Source of the DNA: Rhynchopus sp. YZ270_cl-10
Taxonomy: Eukaryota
Assembly: GCA_964035575.1 (NCBI GenBank)
Contig: OZ037833.1
Coordinates: 1,550,001-1,614,000, forward strand
Reading direction: 5' to 3'
Length of the DNA: 64,000 nt
Position numbers and translations under genes: made by a program. Of this stretch, positions 25,801 to 37,267 are shown in pieces. The notes under the pieces were generated by a model. It was not told the origin of the DNA and ran no database searches. It saw only the letters and a list, made by a program, of their open reading frames with translations. Position 1 is the stretch's first letter, and the number at the start of each line of letters is the position of its first letter.

Positions 25801-27203
25801 CGCAGTCGCGCATGAACGAGCCCCCAAGCCTGTCGTCGTCAAGGCCACCAGCTCCCGCGCTGTTGATACGTGCCTCCTCCAGATCCTTCTTAAGGATCTT
25901 GATTTCCTCACGCAAAGCAAAGATGATAGCCTTCTTCGAATCACGGTTCACGGAAACCGCGTTCTGGATCTTCTTAGCACGGTCCGCGTACTTCAGAGCT
26001 GTGGAGGAAGGGTAGAGGGTGGGGAAGAGAGAGGGTGGGGAAGAGAGAGGGCACATACTCGAAAGCGACTCTTCGTAGTTGAGGGACGACGGCGAGACTG
26101 TTGCGATCTGAAGGTGTTGGGGAGGGTGGAAGGGTGGTGGGTGGGTAGGGTGAGTGGGTGGGGTGGGAACACACCATGATGGTCTTGGAGTTGCCGCCAA
26201 GCGCCTCGCGCAGGAGCCACGTCAGCGTGGAGTCACGGTACTGCACGAAGCGGGCGTGCTTGCCCTTCTTGTCGGCGTTGGATGCGAGCGCCTCAATGAC
26301 GTTCCCGAGGGAGAGAAGCCCTTTGTTGATGCAGGCGCCTTCCTTCAGACGCTCGCCTTCGGTGCCTGCTGCACGCTGGCGCTCAGAACCTGCAAGATCG
26401 ACGAGTGCGACACGTGCACTGGTGTCGCAAAGGTCTCCCGTGGTGGTGTCGAAGCGCGAGGTGGTGAGGACAAGCTCAAGCACCGCATGCGACCTGCTGC
26501 TCACGTCGTTCATCGACGTCTTCGCTGTGTGGCGGTCGCGTGCACCACGCTTAAGCAGCTTCGCAATGTCCGCATACGTCTGTACCTCGCTGTGCTGCAG
26601 ACCCTCCACATAGGGACCGTGCTTCGGGTGCTCACGGACCTTGTACGTCCGTGACGAGCCGGAGTCGAGCAAGTCGTGCACCTTGTCGTTGTAGATCTCG
26701 TAGTACACACAGTCCACACGGTGCGAGATCGTGTTGCTGTGCTGCGTCTCGAGACGAGAGAACATCTCTGTGCAGAAACGCGGGATGACACCCACCTCGG
26801 GGTCGAGGTCCTCCTGCTGGAAGGCCCTGCCCTTGGGTGAGTTGGTGGATGTTATCGAGACGTCCTCCTTCCCCATCATCGTGTACGTCTTACCAGACCC
26901 GGTCTGGCCGTATGCGAAGACAGTGCAGTTGTAGCCCTTCATCGCCTGGTCCAGCTGCGGCAGACCGACGGCCTTGTACACAGCCAGCTGGTCCGCAAAG
27001 TCGGGCGAGGTAGGGGTGAGGGAGTTGAAGGAGCGGTCGAAGGTGAAGTTGCGTTTCTTGCTGTGGTCCGTCGGGTCCCAGATGCTCGTTGTGTTGTCCT
27101 TCACCTTCACACAGATCCCGCCTGTTCCTTCATGCTCCTCACGCTTGTTCATCAGAATTGGGCGTGCTCTGACCTGCACCGTCACACTGCATTTTGTGGC
27201 CAT
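22838..27203 (-). CDS. Kinesin-3 family motor (motor domain, FHA-like region, long coiled coil); exons 27203-26175, 26107-26059, 25998-22838
   Basis: FAYGQTGSGKTYTM, SSRSH, LVDLAGSER, YRDSTLTWLLREALGGNSKTIM|IATVSP..NYEESLSTLKYADRAKKI. Confidence 0.9.
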
Positions 27204-27393
27204 TTTCCCCGCAGGAAGGGTGGTTCCTCCCTAAATGTGGTGGTGTAGGTGGGGGCGTGGGGAGGTGGGGAGGTGTGGATTAAAAATGTTGAAAGTTTGT
27301 TGTGGTATGTAATGTTAAGACTCTACTAGGAGGGTTATATAGGTTAGGAAGTAAGAAAACCTTGTTTTTTTTTTTTTTGAGCATGTTTTGCTT

Positions 27394-28620
27394 TTACCAG
27401 AACCATGTTGTCTCGTTGTTCCACCACCCCCGGATCACGGCGAGGTCTAGCCCGGTGAGCGACAGCGTGGAGTAGCGGTTGAGCAGCTTGTGGCTTGCCC
27501 GCGCGAGGAGCACGCTGTCGACTGCGGTGAAGGCGGCGGAGGACATTTCGTACTGCTTTGCGTTGAAGGCGTGCACTTTGCCTTTGATCTGCTTTTCGAA
27601 GTCAGCGTTGCCTGGGAGGAAGTCGGGCGACGTGGTGGCCATGACGACGTGCTCGAGGTTGTGCAGCTCGAGGAGGCGGTTGATACCTGCCACCACCTTC
27701 TCCGTGCTTGGGAAGCATGTGTCCATGTGTTTCGAGTAGAGGTCGCGTGAGCCGCGCTTGGAGGCCCACTTCCAGTGCGCAAGGCGCAGCTTTTTGTAGT
27801 TCTTCGTTATCTCCTTGCAGAACTTAACATAGTCGCCCCTGCGCAGGTGCACGGCAAGGAACGGCTTCTCCGCTATGCCCTCCTGCTGCAGGAACAGCTC
27901 CACTTCAGAGTAGAACGAGTCGCGGAAGTCAAATGCAAGTCGGTGCCGCCAGTAGTCGTCGCTCCCGTAGAAGCGTCGGTATGCAGCGTCGGTCAGCCCG
28001 CAGCCTTTGATCCACCCATGCATCGACCACGTGTATTTGTCAGAGAAGCAGATCCCCCCACGCGACACGTTAAACAGAGACGACCACCGGAACCACGTGT
28101 AGTCGTAACTCCTGCTCCCCACAGCGTACTGTCCGCCACCCTTCTGCACACCGCCGGTGGGGGAGCACGATATGTCCTTCCATTTCAGCTCGGGTTTGCT
28201 ATGGTGGTGGCGGCAGTTGTGGTAGAACATCATCATCTGCATCTGGTTGTTCATGCCGCTTGTGGGGCATGTCGAGCTTGTGTTGTACGTGGTGCCCCAG
28301 AAGGGGAAGGAGGTGAGCGGCTCTGTGGACAACTCGTCTGCATGGCACGGCTCGCCTGGTGTGTTCACTTCGTTGGGGTAAGGGAGCTTCTTTTTCCGTG
28401 TCGTGGACGTGGACGTGGTGTCAGTGGTGACAGGCGTGGTAGTGTCCGGCGTGGCAGAGGCAGAAACAGAGGCAGGGCGTATGACAGGACGGCTGCCACC
28501 CCCATCCTGTGCATGCACGTACGTACCCTCAGAAGTGTCCGTCAGCGCAGGGTACAGAAACATCGCCCACGACAGCACCGACATCACCACCATCAACATC
28601 AACTTCGTTTGGGTCGTCAT
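27394..28620 (-). CDS. Type II membrane O-fucosyltransferase-like glycosyltransferase
   Basis: N-terminal TM segment, S/T-rich stem, GMNNQ and FLAVHLRRGDY motifs, MATT and YSTLS motifs. Confidence 0.7.
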   Translation of the reverse strand: MTTQTKLMLMVVMSVLSWAMFLYPALTDTSEGTYVHAQDGGGSRPVIRPASVSASATPDTTTPVTTDTTSTSTTRKKKLPYPNEVNTPGEPCHADELSTEPLTSFPFWGTTYNTSSTCPTSGMNNQMQMMMFYHNCRHHHSKPELKWKDISCSPTGGVQKGGGQYAVGSRSYDYTWFRWSSLFNVSRGGICFSDKYTWSMHGWIKGCGLTDAAYRRFYGSDDYWRHRLAFDFRDSFYSEVELFLQQEGIAEKPFLAVHLRRGDYVKFCKEITKNYKKLRLAHWKWASKRGSRDLYSKHMDTCFPSTEKVVAGINRLLELHNLEHVVMATTSPDFLPGNADFEKQIKGKVHAFNAKQYEMSSAAFTAVDSVLLARASHKLLNRYSTLSLTGLDLAVIRGWWNNETTWFW

Positions 28621-28767
28621 TTTCGTCCTTGTGGCATATGCCGGCTGCCGCCCTGGATGTGTGGTGAAAGAGGGGGGGAACAGCAAGTGGCAAAAGGGGG
28701 TGTATTCGTGTTTGGTTTGCTTTTAAAAAAACTTTTGAACACACAAAAAATACACACGGGGTTATGT

Positions 28768-31503
28768 TCAGGTGCTGCTGACTGAGTCTGCAGAGTCGTA
28801 CCCCTCCACATCAACACTGCTGTGGATGGGTGCGACGCGTTTTGGGAGGAGCGCGTGGATGGTGCCGACGCCGTCGAGCCTGTGGGGGAGGGTGCCACGT
28901 ATGGGGCAGGGGCGGATGACTGCGGTGGCTGCGAGGGTGGACGACTTGAGCCACGAGAGCTGCAGGCAGGCGGTTCTGTACATTGCCTTTGGGAGCACAC
29001 CTGCAGTGCAGGCGCGCGCGACAGCCACGCAGCAGGCCGTGGCACGTTCGATGTACCCTGGGCAGTGCACGGCTATGGTCACAATCGCAACACAAAGCGA
29101 GTCGATGCTCTCTGCAGCCTCCCACACTGTGTAGCCAGCTTCGAAGAGGTCGTGCAGACAGCGATGCCGGCGGCGTGAGGGGCGCTGGTCGGAGAGCAGG
29201 TAGAGGCTTGCGTTGGTGGCGAAGATGTCTTTGTCCTCGCCTGCCTGCCTGCGGTAGAGGATGCTGAGCACGTCGAACGCAGCTTTGTGCAGCTCGCTGA
29301 AGATGCGCCCGACCTGCCGCGGTTCACGCCACGAGGGCTCCCAAGGAAGACGCAACGTGTTCACCAAGCTCTGCGACAAGGTCGCTGCCGCCGCCGCAGT
29401 CAGATGCACACAACGATGACTCCGCTTCCCTATGTTGTGCTGCCGCACACTCGTCACAAGCTCCTCCCTCACCAGCTCCAACACCTGCGGTGCAGTGCTC
29501 ACTAACCTGTAGATCTCTTGCAAGAGAAGCTTCCGCACCTCCCTTGCACATTTGACCGGAAGGCTCAGCATATGGTAGCGCACTAAGAGTGCGGACACAA
29601 CGTTGACAGCCATGATGGGGTCGCGCTCCGCTTCGACCGACACTAAGGCAAAGAAGCTGCGGAGCAACCTTGGTACATGCGCTGCAGCAGTCTCTGCCTT
29701 GCGCGACAGGGCACGCGACTCGATCTCATTGACCCAGAGCTCGACAGCGTGTTTGTGCTCTGCCCAGAAGACGGCGTACGCACCTTCGTCACAAGCGTTG
29801 AAGGCTGCCTCGTCTAGCAACGCGTCCACAAGGTTCACCGAGAAGTCTGTCCCTCCTGAAAGTGCTTTGGAAGCGTTCGCTGCGTTGACACCTACGTTGG
29901 GTCTGCCGAGGACGTGCGCGAGGAGGGGGAGGTCGAGGATGCGGTGCACGATGTCCAGGTACGTTGTCCTTGAGATGAGACGGGGCAGCAGGCGCGTCAG
30001 TGCGGAGGAGTGGGAGTGTGGCGACAGGGCTGTGATGCGGAGCAGCTTCAGGTGGAGTGTGTCGCGCACAGTGTTGAAGGCCTCGCGGTGGAGGTTGCGT
30101 GAGAGGTAGGCGACTAGGGAGTGTGAGAAGACGTGGCTCTGGATGTAGTGGTTCCAGTGCGGTGTTGAGAAGAAGGCTTCCACCACAGCACCTTCGGAGG
30201 GCGAGTCGACGGCGGCGAAGAACTGTAGCACTGAGAGCAGCACCTCCCCACGCCACACGGGACCCGCGTTGCCACGCCCGCCCTCCTCCACAGAGAACGT
30301 GTCCATCGCAGCCTCCGCAAGGTACTCATGGCACACATGCGACGCAAGCCACGACTGCGGCACCCCATCACTGCTCCGTGCCCCCACACTCTGCATAACA
30401 AGCTTCGACGCAGAGTCGTCGCTGCTCCACCCCACCACACTCACGTGCGCCCTCGCAAACGGCACAGAGCTGGTCGGCTTCCGTGCCTGCGACAGAAGCT
30501 GGAAGAACAGCCCCATAACCTCCCCATCCAGCTCCTGCACGCTCCGTGGCAGCACCTCTGCCAGGCGTGGCAGCAGCTGCATCAACTGCGCCACAATGCT
30601 TTCGACGAAACCCAGGCTTGCACACCCACCCACATTCGGCGACAACGCGAAGACGCCACGGGCAGCAAACTTCCCGAGCAGCAGTAGTGTGTTCGATGCG
30701 TAGTCCAGCGCCATCTCCCCAAGGCCTTCGTCGAGGAGGGACGGCAGTGCACAGAAGGCCCACAAATGCACCTCCTGCTGCTCGGTGTAGCCTGCAGACG
30801 CAGGCGCGCCGCAGAGAACGTTCCATTTGTCGCCGGAGCCGAACTTTGCGCCATCTGGGAGGACACAGCCCTTCTTGACCTCGACAGAGGTGAGCACGTT
30901 GCACATCGCCTCCTGCACCTTGCGGGTCGCGACCGCCACTGACGGCGGCGTGACGGAGGACACATCCAGCAGCTGCTGCAGCAACGGCCACGTAAAGCGC
31001 TGCACATTGGAGAAGCGCTTCCCCTTGTCCACCGCAACATACGTCGCCCACACGCTTGCCGTCAACGCCTGTTCTGTCAGATCACTCAGCGTCCCTGACC
31101 GCAGCAGCAACGTGGCGCAGGCCTCAAGGCACTCTGGTCTGTTGTATGCAGTGAAGTCAAAGTCGACGACACGCTGCGGCACGAAGGCACCCCACGCACA
31201 GAGGCACGCTGTGCACAACACTATCGTCTTGGCCGTGCACCTATCACTGAGCATGAGGCCCACGACCTTCTCCGTCAATGCGTCCACGTCTGCCTCCATG
31301 CACACCTCGCTGTCCACAGGGCGCCACGCAAGCAGCGTCAGCACCCGCAACGTGCCGTCCAGACTCTTGTTCGACAGCTTCAACGCACTCAGGTCAAGTA
31401 CACGCTTCGCATGTCCGTCCAAAGACGCCAACACACGATCCCTCTCCCGCACAGGCAAATGTGCGCTGCATTGTTTGAGGTGGCCCAACACATTTTCCGC
31501 CAT
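28768..31503 (-). CDS. AP-5 complex subunit zeta (AP5Z1/SPG48)-like helical protein
   Basis: 911-aa ORF; LLRITALSPHS...LLPRLISRTTYLDIVHRILDLPLLAHVL resembles the conserved AP5Z1 block. Confidence 0.55.
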   Translation of the reverse strand: MAENVLGHLKQCSAHLPVRERDRVLASLDGHAKRVLDLSALKLSNKSLDGTLRVLTLLAWRPVDSEVCMEADVDALTEKVVGLMLSDRCTAKTIVLCTACLCAWGAFVPQRVVDFDFTAYNRPECLEACATLLLRSGTLSDLTEQALTASVWATYVAVDKGKRFSNVQRFTWPLLQQLLDVSSVTPPSVAVATRKVQEAMCNVLTSVEVKKGCVLPDGAKFGSGDKWNVLCGAPASAGYTEQQEVHLWAFCALPSLLDEGLGEMALDYASNTLLLLGKFAARGVFALSPNVGGCASLGFVESIVAQLMQLLPRLAEVLPRSVQELDGEVMGLFFQLLSQARKPTSSVPFARAHVSVVGWSSDDSASKLVMQSVGARSSDGVPQSWLASHVCHEYLAEAAMDTFSVEEGGRGNAGPVWRGEVLLSVLQFFAAVDSPSEGAVVEAFFSTPHWNHYIQSHVFSHSLVAYLSRNLHREAFNTVRDTLHLKLLRITALSPHSHSSALTRLLPRLISRTTYLDIVHRILDLPLLAHVLGRPNVGVNAANASKALSGGTDFSVNLVDALLDEAAFNACDEGAYAVFWAEHKHAVELWVNEIESRALSRKAETAAAHVPRLLRSFFALVSVEAERDPIMAVNVVSALLVRYHMLSLPVKCAREVRKLLLQEIYRLVSTAPQVLELVREELVTSVRQHNIGKRSHRCVHLTAAAAATLSQSLVNTLRLPWEPSWREPRQVGRIFSELHKAAFDVLSILYRRQAGEDKDIFATNASLYLLSDQRPSRRRHRCLHDLFEAGYTVWEAAESIDSLCVAIVTIAVHCPGYIERATACCVAVARACTAGVLPKAMYRTACLQLSWLKSSTLAATAVIRPCPIRGTLPHRLDGVGTIHALLPKRVAPIHSSVDVEGYDSADSVSST

Positions 31504-31911
31504 TTCAAAAAAGAAACGTCAAGATGCACCCAAGCCTGTTGCTTAGGCCACCAAATCACCCACCTCTGTTTGTGAATAGAGTGGGTTTCAGGAGAGAATA
31601 GAACTTCAAAACGAAAAATACTTTCAAATAAAATTTGAAAGCATTAGGGAAGTGTATAAAAAACAACAACACGAAAAAAACAAAATGTAGAAAAAGAGAG
31701 ACTTTTTTTTTTGGCGTTTTCCGTTGTTTTCGCTCCCACTTTTTTTTCTCTCTTTTTTCTCCTTGCGGCCCCCTGAGAGGGGAGAAGCACCATACGTACC
31801 TTCTTCCCGCAATCCTATTTTTTGTTTTCCTTTTTTTTTACTCAGGGAGGGGTACTACTTATTTTTTTGCTGTCTTTTTTTTTCCCTCTGGTTTGTTGTC
31901 ATCATTCTCAC

Positions 31912-31947
31912 TACAGAAACTGTAGTTTTTTTTAGAAATCGTTGGTT
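31912..31947 (-). other. Degenerate spliced-leader (SL) relic
   Basis: Minus strand reads AACCAACGATTTCTAAAAAAAACTACAGTTTCTGTA; diplonemid SL as I recall it is AACCAACGATTTAAAAGCTACAGTTTCTGTACTTTATTG. Confidence 0.65.
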
Positions 31948-32432
31948 TTTTTTTCCCCTCCCTCCTCCTCTGGTTCCCTTACCTTATGTTTTATTTCGTG
32001 AGAATTACAGGCTCATTGGACACTACTTGTGTGGGGGGTACCTATTTTGATGTCTTAGGGGAGAGGGAAAAAGTACCTCATATTACCACAAGAGGGGGGC
32101 ACAGAGATGAGACTCTTTTATATTTTTTTTCTTTGTTTTGCTTCTTTTGAGCATTATTTTTTCCTTATTTTGTCTTGAGAGTATAGAGCTGTGACAACGA
32201 AAACACAGTTACTGCAGATGGGGGTCAAAGGTGTGTGGTAAAACTATTTCTCTTCTTGTTCCGCCCAAAAAATTTTTTGGAAGCGGTGTGGGGGGGGGTT
32301 AATCCTTTCTTTCTTCATGTTCCGCCGTGAAAATCCGTGGTGTCTCTCCTCCGAAACACCATCAGCAGCTCGCTATTGGTAAAAAACAAATATCGGCTGC
32401 TGAGTCTCAAACTATTACCCCCCCCCCCCCCC

Positions 32433-34072
32433 TAGGGGGGTCCACGTAGAAGGAATTCCTTAAGGATTTGCTGTCCCAAACCCATTTTTTTGAAATTTAG
32501 GTGAAGAAACCCACTAAAAAGGTCGTACCTGGCCGCAAATCGCCCTGGGGATCACGAAAATATCCCATTAAACCACCTGACAACCTCTACAGAGACTTTC
32601 CTGGTTAAAAAAAATCGGTTTTTTGTGAAAAATCTCCAAAAATAGCGTCATCAAATCGTCATCAACATGGGCTAAAATGCAACACTTACCAAAAAAATTC
32701 TCCAATCAGACAAAAATCCTTCTAAACACCCGAAAAACACCCCAGTCCACATCCGGTGGGGTCCCAGGGTGGAAATATATAGTTTTTACAGCTTTTAGGG
32801 GTCCTGTGTGGGCCCCAGATGCATTTTGCAGTGGGTGTGTGTGCCCCAAACGCTTAAAAGTACCCTTTTTTTAGTCACTTTTTTGACTTTTTTTGTACCT
32901 GAAAACCCCCAAAAAAGTGCCAAGGTAGTCGGAATGGTGTCCAAACACCCAGGAAAATGTCCCCCAGACCCCATGTAGGGTGAAAAATAGCATTTTGGGC
33001 ACTTGGGAGGGTTTTATAGGCCATGCAACACTTATGCAACACTTAAGCAACGGCTATGCAACGCCTAGCAGAAGACCACTTATTTACCAAAAAAAAATAA
33101 TACCAATTCATTCAAAACACCAAAAAACCACCTCGGTCCACCTCCAATGAGGTCCCGAGGTGGAAATGTGTGGATTTTGCAGCTTTTTGGGGTCCCTGGG
33201 GGGTTTTTGAGGGTGTTTTTGTGTCTGCAACGCTTAAAATAACGGTATTTCCCCCCATCCTTTTGACGTATTTCGCACCCAAAATAAAAACCCTAAAAGG
33301 CGTATTCAGGCAGTCGCAGAAGTGTCTAAATCCCTCCGAACTGCCTGACATACCTCCCGAGCTGTGGAAAATCGCACTTGCAACACTTACTGGGGCTTTT
33401 TGGTCCCTGAAAATGAGAACGTACCCTGTGCCTAAGTGCAGTAAAGCCTTCCTTGCCTCCTCCTATGACCAATGATTCGTGCGAATCCATTGTCGGTGTC
33501 CTTGACCAAGTTGCAAGCCACCACGGAAGGAGCCAGCACCCCGACAACACCGACCCACTGTCGCTGAAACCTAGACATCCTCTACAGTCTAGGTTGGGTT
33601 CCGTATCTCTCAAGGGAAGAACTTGCCGCAGGATACACCAAGCGCACCACAAAGGCAGGTCCATGCAAAGCACCCAGAAGTAGCAACTTGAAAAGTACAA
33701 CACTAAAGTGCTTCATCTCTTCACAAAGACAGAGTTGCGGGAATTTGCGGCAGATTGTGCACCCCTTGACGGCGAAGACACCGGTACGATGAATAAGGAG
33801 CCTCTGGTCGCTATGCTGTCTCAGTGAGCAGTACAGGGATTCTATAGGCATATTAGGGGGTATAATTCCATGGAAAAAAGCGGAAAAAGCGGAAAAAAAC
33901 ACCAAAAAAATCAGAAAAAAGTGCGAAATAGTGCTCAAAAGTGTGTTTTTCGTGGTTTTGGGTGATTTTTTGGGGGTTTGGGGGTGTTTTGAGGTGTTTT
34001 TTCGGGTTTTTCGCGGGTTTTTACAAAAAAAAGTGGTTTGGGACAGCAAAAACGGCCGGACGGACCCCCCTA
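32433..34072. mobile_element. Non-autonomous hAT-like TIR element (TAGGGGGGTCC termini) inserted into a poly-C run
   Basis: Terminal IRs plus subterminal IR TTGCTGTCCCAAACC; poly-C on both flanks; internal direct repeats. Confidence 0.65.
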
Positions 34073-34584
34073 CCCCCCCCCCCCCCCCTTTTTGCCGCGT
34101 TCTGAGAACTTGAGAACCATTTCAACAAAAAAAAAATAACAGCACAATACGGGGAATCTCAGTGGGATATGGGGGGGGGGGGGGGGGGGGGAAGGTCTTT
34201 GCTAGTGAAAGCTAATTTTCTTGAATTGAAAAAAGCAAAAAAACATAGCAAAAAACACTGTTTTTTTTTTGGATTTTCCCTTTTGTTTTGTTCCAAACTC
34301 TTGGGGCTAGCACACCTCAGGTTTAAAAAAAACGTCTCATCTCTGGGGGTGGGCAAAAGGGGCTTTTGGTTTATATTTGAAAACTTCCACCTCTTGGTTG
34401 TGATATTATGGGGGGGTTGCAAATGAAGTAGGAAAAAAACAGCATTTACAACAGAGTAAACCTTAATGCTTATTGGGGGGGTCAAATATCTAGTAAAAAC
34501 AATGCAATGATCCTACAGAATCCACGTATTCTGCTCATGTTTTCTTTTGTTCTTTTGTTGGGAAGGCTGCTGGTGAGCTGCCGT

Positions 34585-36443
34585 CTACTGTCCCTCCTGG
34601 CCCTGGGTGATGACGTCGTCGATCTTGAGGATCATCTTCACCACCTGGGTAGCAAGGCGCATCTGCTGCGTCTTTCCGTGGAGGGTCTCGTACACCTGCT
34701 GCTTCTTCATGTCGAAGGTGTCGTTCTCCATGCAGTCCACTCCAAGGTAGCTGTTCTTCTCAAGCTGCTGCTGGGACTTGACACGCGACAGAGTCACAAC
34801 TCCGTTCATGCCGCTGTTCTCAGCAAGGGTGATCGGGATGGCGTCAAGTGCGGCAGCGAATCCGCGGATCGCGTACTGCTCTTCGCTCGAGATCTTGTCC
34901 GCCTCCTCCTCAACGAACAGCGAGCATGCAATCTCGGCACTGCCTCCTCCGTACACGATTCTGTTGTCACGGACAAGGTTTCTCACGATGCAGAGTGCGT
35001 CGTGGATGGAACGCTTTGCCTCCTCAATGATCATCTTGTTTCCTCCACGGATGAAGATCGTGACAGCCTTCGAGTTGGTGCAGCCCTCAATGAAGATCAT
35101 GCGGTCCTTGGTGGTTCCGAAGGACACCTCACGGATGACACCAGCGTGTCCCAGCTTGTCAGGTGTGAGCTCCTCGAAACGGGGCACGATGCGTCCTCCT
35201 GTTGCGATTGCGAGCAGCTCAAGCTCCACTCCACCAACCCAACGCACGGCAGGGAGCTGGTTCTTGTGGAGAAGGTAGTTTGCCTCGTCGTCAAATCCCC
35301 ACTGGCACATCACGATGCTGGCACCGCTTGCCTTGACAAGTTCCACCTGCTTGCGGAAGTAGTCCTGCTCGATCTCGGACAGCTGTGCGTAGCTCTCTGC
35401 GGAGTCAACGTCGACCTTGTGCTTGGTCTTGGGCTTCGGGGGTTCAAATGCACAGGTCAGGATTGCAACCTTGGCATCCTTTAATTCCTTAGCCATCTGT
35501 GGTGGATAAAGTGAAAGGTGAAGAGATGAAGAGGTAATGAATCCATACCTGAGGATGGCTGATGTCCTTGTCCAACACAATTCCGTTCACAAGCTGGGTC
35601 TCCTCAATACGTCCACCAACTTTGCTCTCAATCTTGATGAGGTCGAAGTTCACGTCCTTGCGCTCAAGGTCGGCCACCTGTGTGAATGAGTGTTGATTGA
35701 TGTGAACTGTGGTAGTGGTGTGATGCATACCGCAAGCACGGCAGAGACACAGATGTCAGCCATGTGATCTCTGTGACGGTTGATGATTTTGCTGTTAAGG
35801 GTCGAGCGTGCTGTTTGCAGAAGGCTCTCCTTGCCGCTGACGTCCACCTGTGTTGGGAAGGTTGAGATGAAGAGGAAAGTGTAAGTGCAGATAAATATAT
35901 AGATGCAAGCCAGCTTGCCATGTTGCATTTTCAACAGAACAGTTGTTCATTTGCTCTCTGCTTTATGTTCTCAGAAACACAGGTGCGTGACCATACCTTG
36001 TCAGAGATGGTGGCGAGGTGCTGGCAGGCAAGCTCGCACGCCTTCTCGAACCCCTCAGCAATGCGGGTTCCGTGGATGCCCTTGTCGAGGAGCGACTCGG
36101 CCTGCTCCAGAAGTGCCCCCGCCAAGACCACCACCCCGGTGGTTCCGTCTCCAATTTCGTTGTCCTGACTCTTGCTGAGGTCGACAATGAGCTGGGCGAT
36201 GGGGTTGGCAACGTCCATCGAGTCGAGGATTGTGGCTCCGTCGTTGGTGACGGTGACCTCGCTGTCGGGGCTCACCATCATCTTGTCCATCCCACGTGGT
36301 CCGAGGGAGGTCTTCAACACATTGGCGAGCGTTCTTGCTGCCTGGATGTTCTCCTTCTGCGCCTCAACACCACGGACACGTTCCTTCTGCTGCTCTTTCA
36401 AGATAATGAACGGTCTGCCGTACTCATCGAATGTTAGAGCCAT
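34585..36443 (-). CDS. CCT5: T-complex protein 1 subunit epsilon, copy 1, three introns
   Basis: [57 protein letters not shown]. Confidence 0.95.
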
Positions 36444-37267
36444 GATGACGGTTTGCTGCAGGGTGGTTGTGTGGTGTGTTGCGGTGGGGTAGGAGGGGTT
36501 GAGACAAACTACAAACAATGGCGTGCTGTTCTCTCTTTTCTTTTGTTTTTTGCTTTCGTTCTCCTCGTGTTGTAGTTGTTCTTTGTTTTTTGAAGATGTG
36601 TTGGAACAGTGTGGCCACCTCAATGCGCAATATGCACGTTCCACACGAGCTAGTCAGTCCCTCTCTGAGACTGGTTTTTCAACACTAAGCGACGCCAAAC
36701 AAAAAAAATACTCTTTTTTTTTACTTCTCTTTTTCAAACCAAAGGCATGCAAAAATATGCCTTATTCTAAGCAGCGTTTCAGCCGCGATAACCCCTGTTG
36801 CCCCTTTAGCCGAATTGGCTCTTCAAACTAATATCACTTTTCTTTTGCACGGTTATGAGAACTGAGAATCATCCATTTATCCACGCAGCCAAAAAAAAAG
36901 ACTATTCAAATGTGATCAACGCAACGAAAATGCAACTAGGGAACAACAGGTGTCAGAAAAAGAGGCACTTCATTATGGTTTCGCACAACACTGCGTTGTA
37001 AAAATCAACGCAAAACATGTTGATAGAGAGCCCGAAGCGGGTGAACACTGCGACCTGAATAGTACGTTGCAGGATGTCACCTTGCGTGCATTTATCCACA
37101 AAAGAGTGAATATAAACAAGGCAAGGTACTGCTGTACTAAGCAATCCCTGTGCCCGCCCAGATGTACGCAACATTGCGCAAATCACATAAAATAAAGTTT
37201 GGCTGACCACTACTGCCACTTCCTTATACGCTTACAACTCAGTTTTTTTCCTGTATCTGTCGTCCGT

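Noticed and set aside
33326..34049. Short ORFs inside the hAT-like element
   Set aside because: No recognisable transposase or host motif
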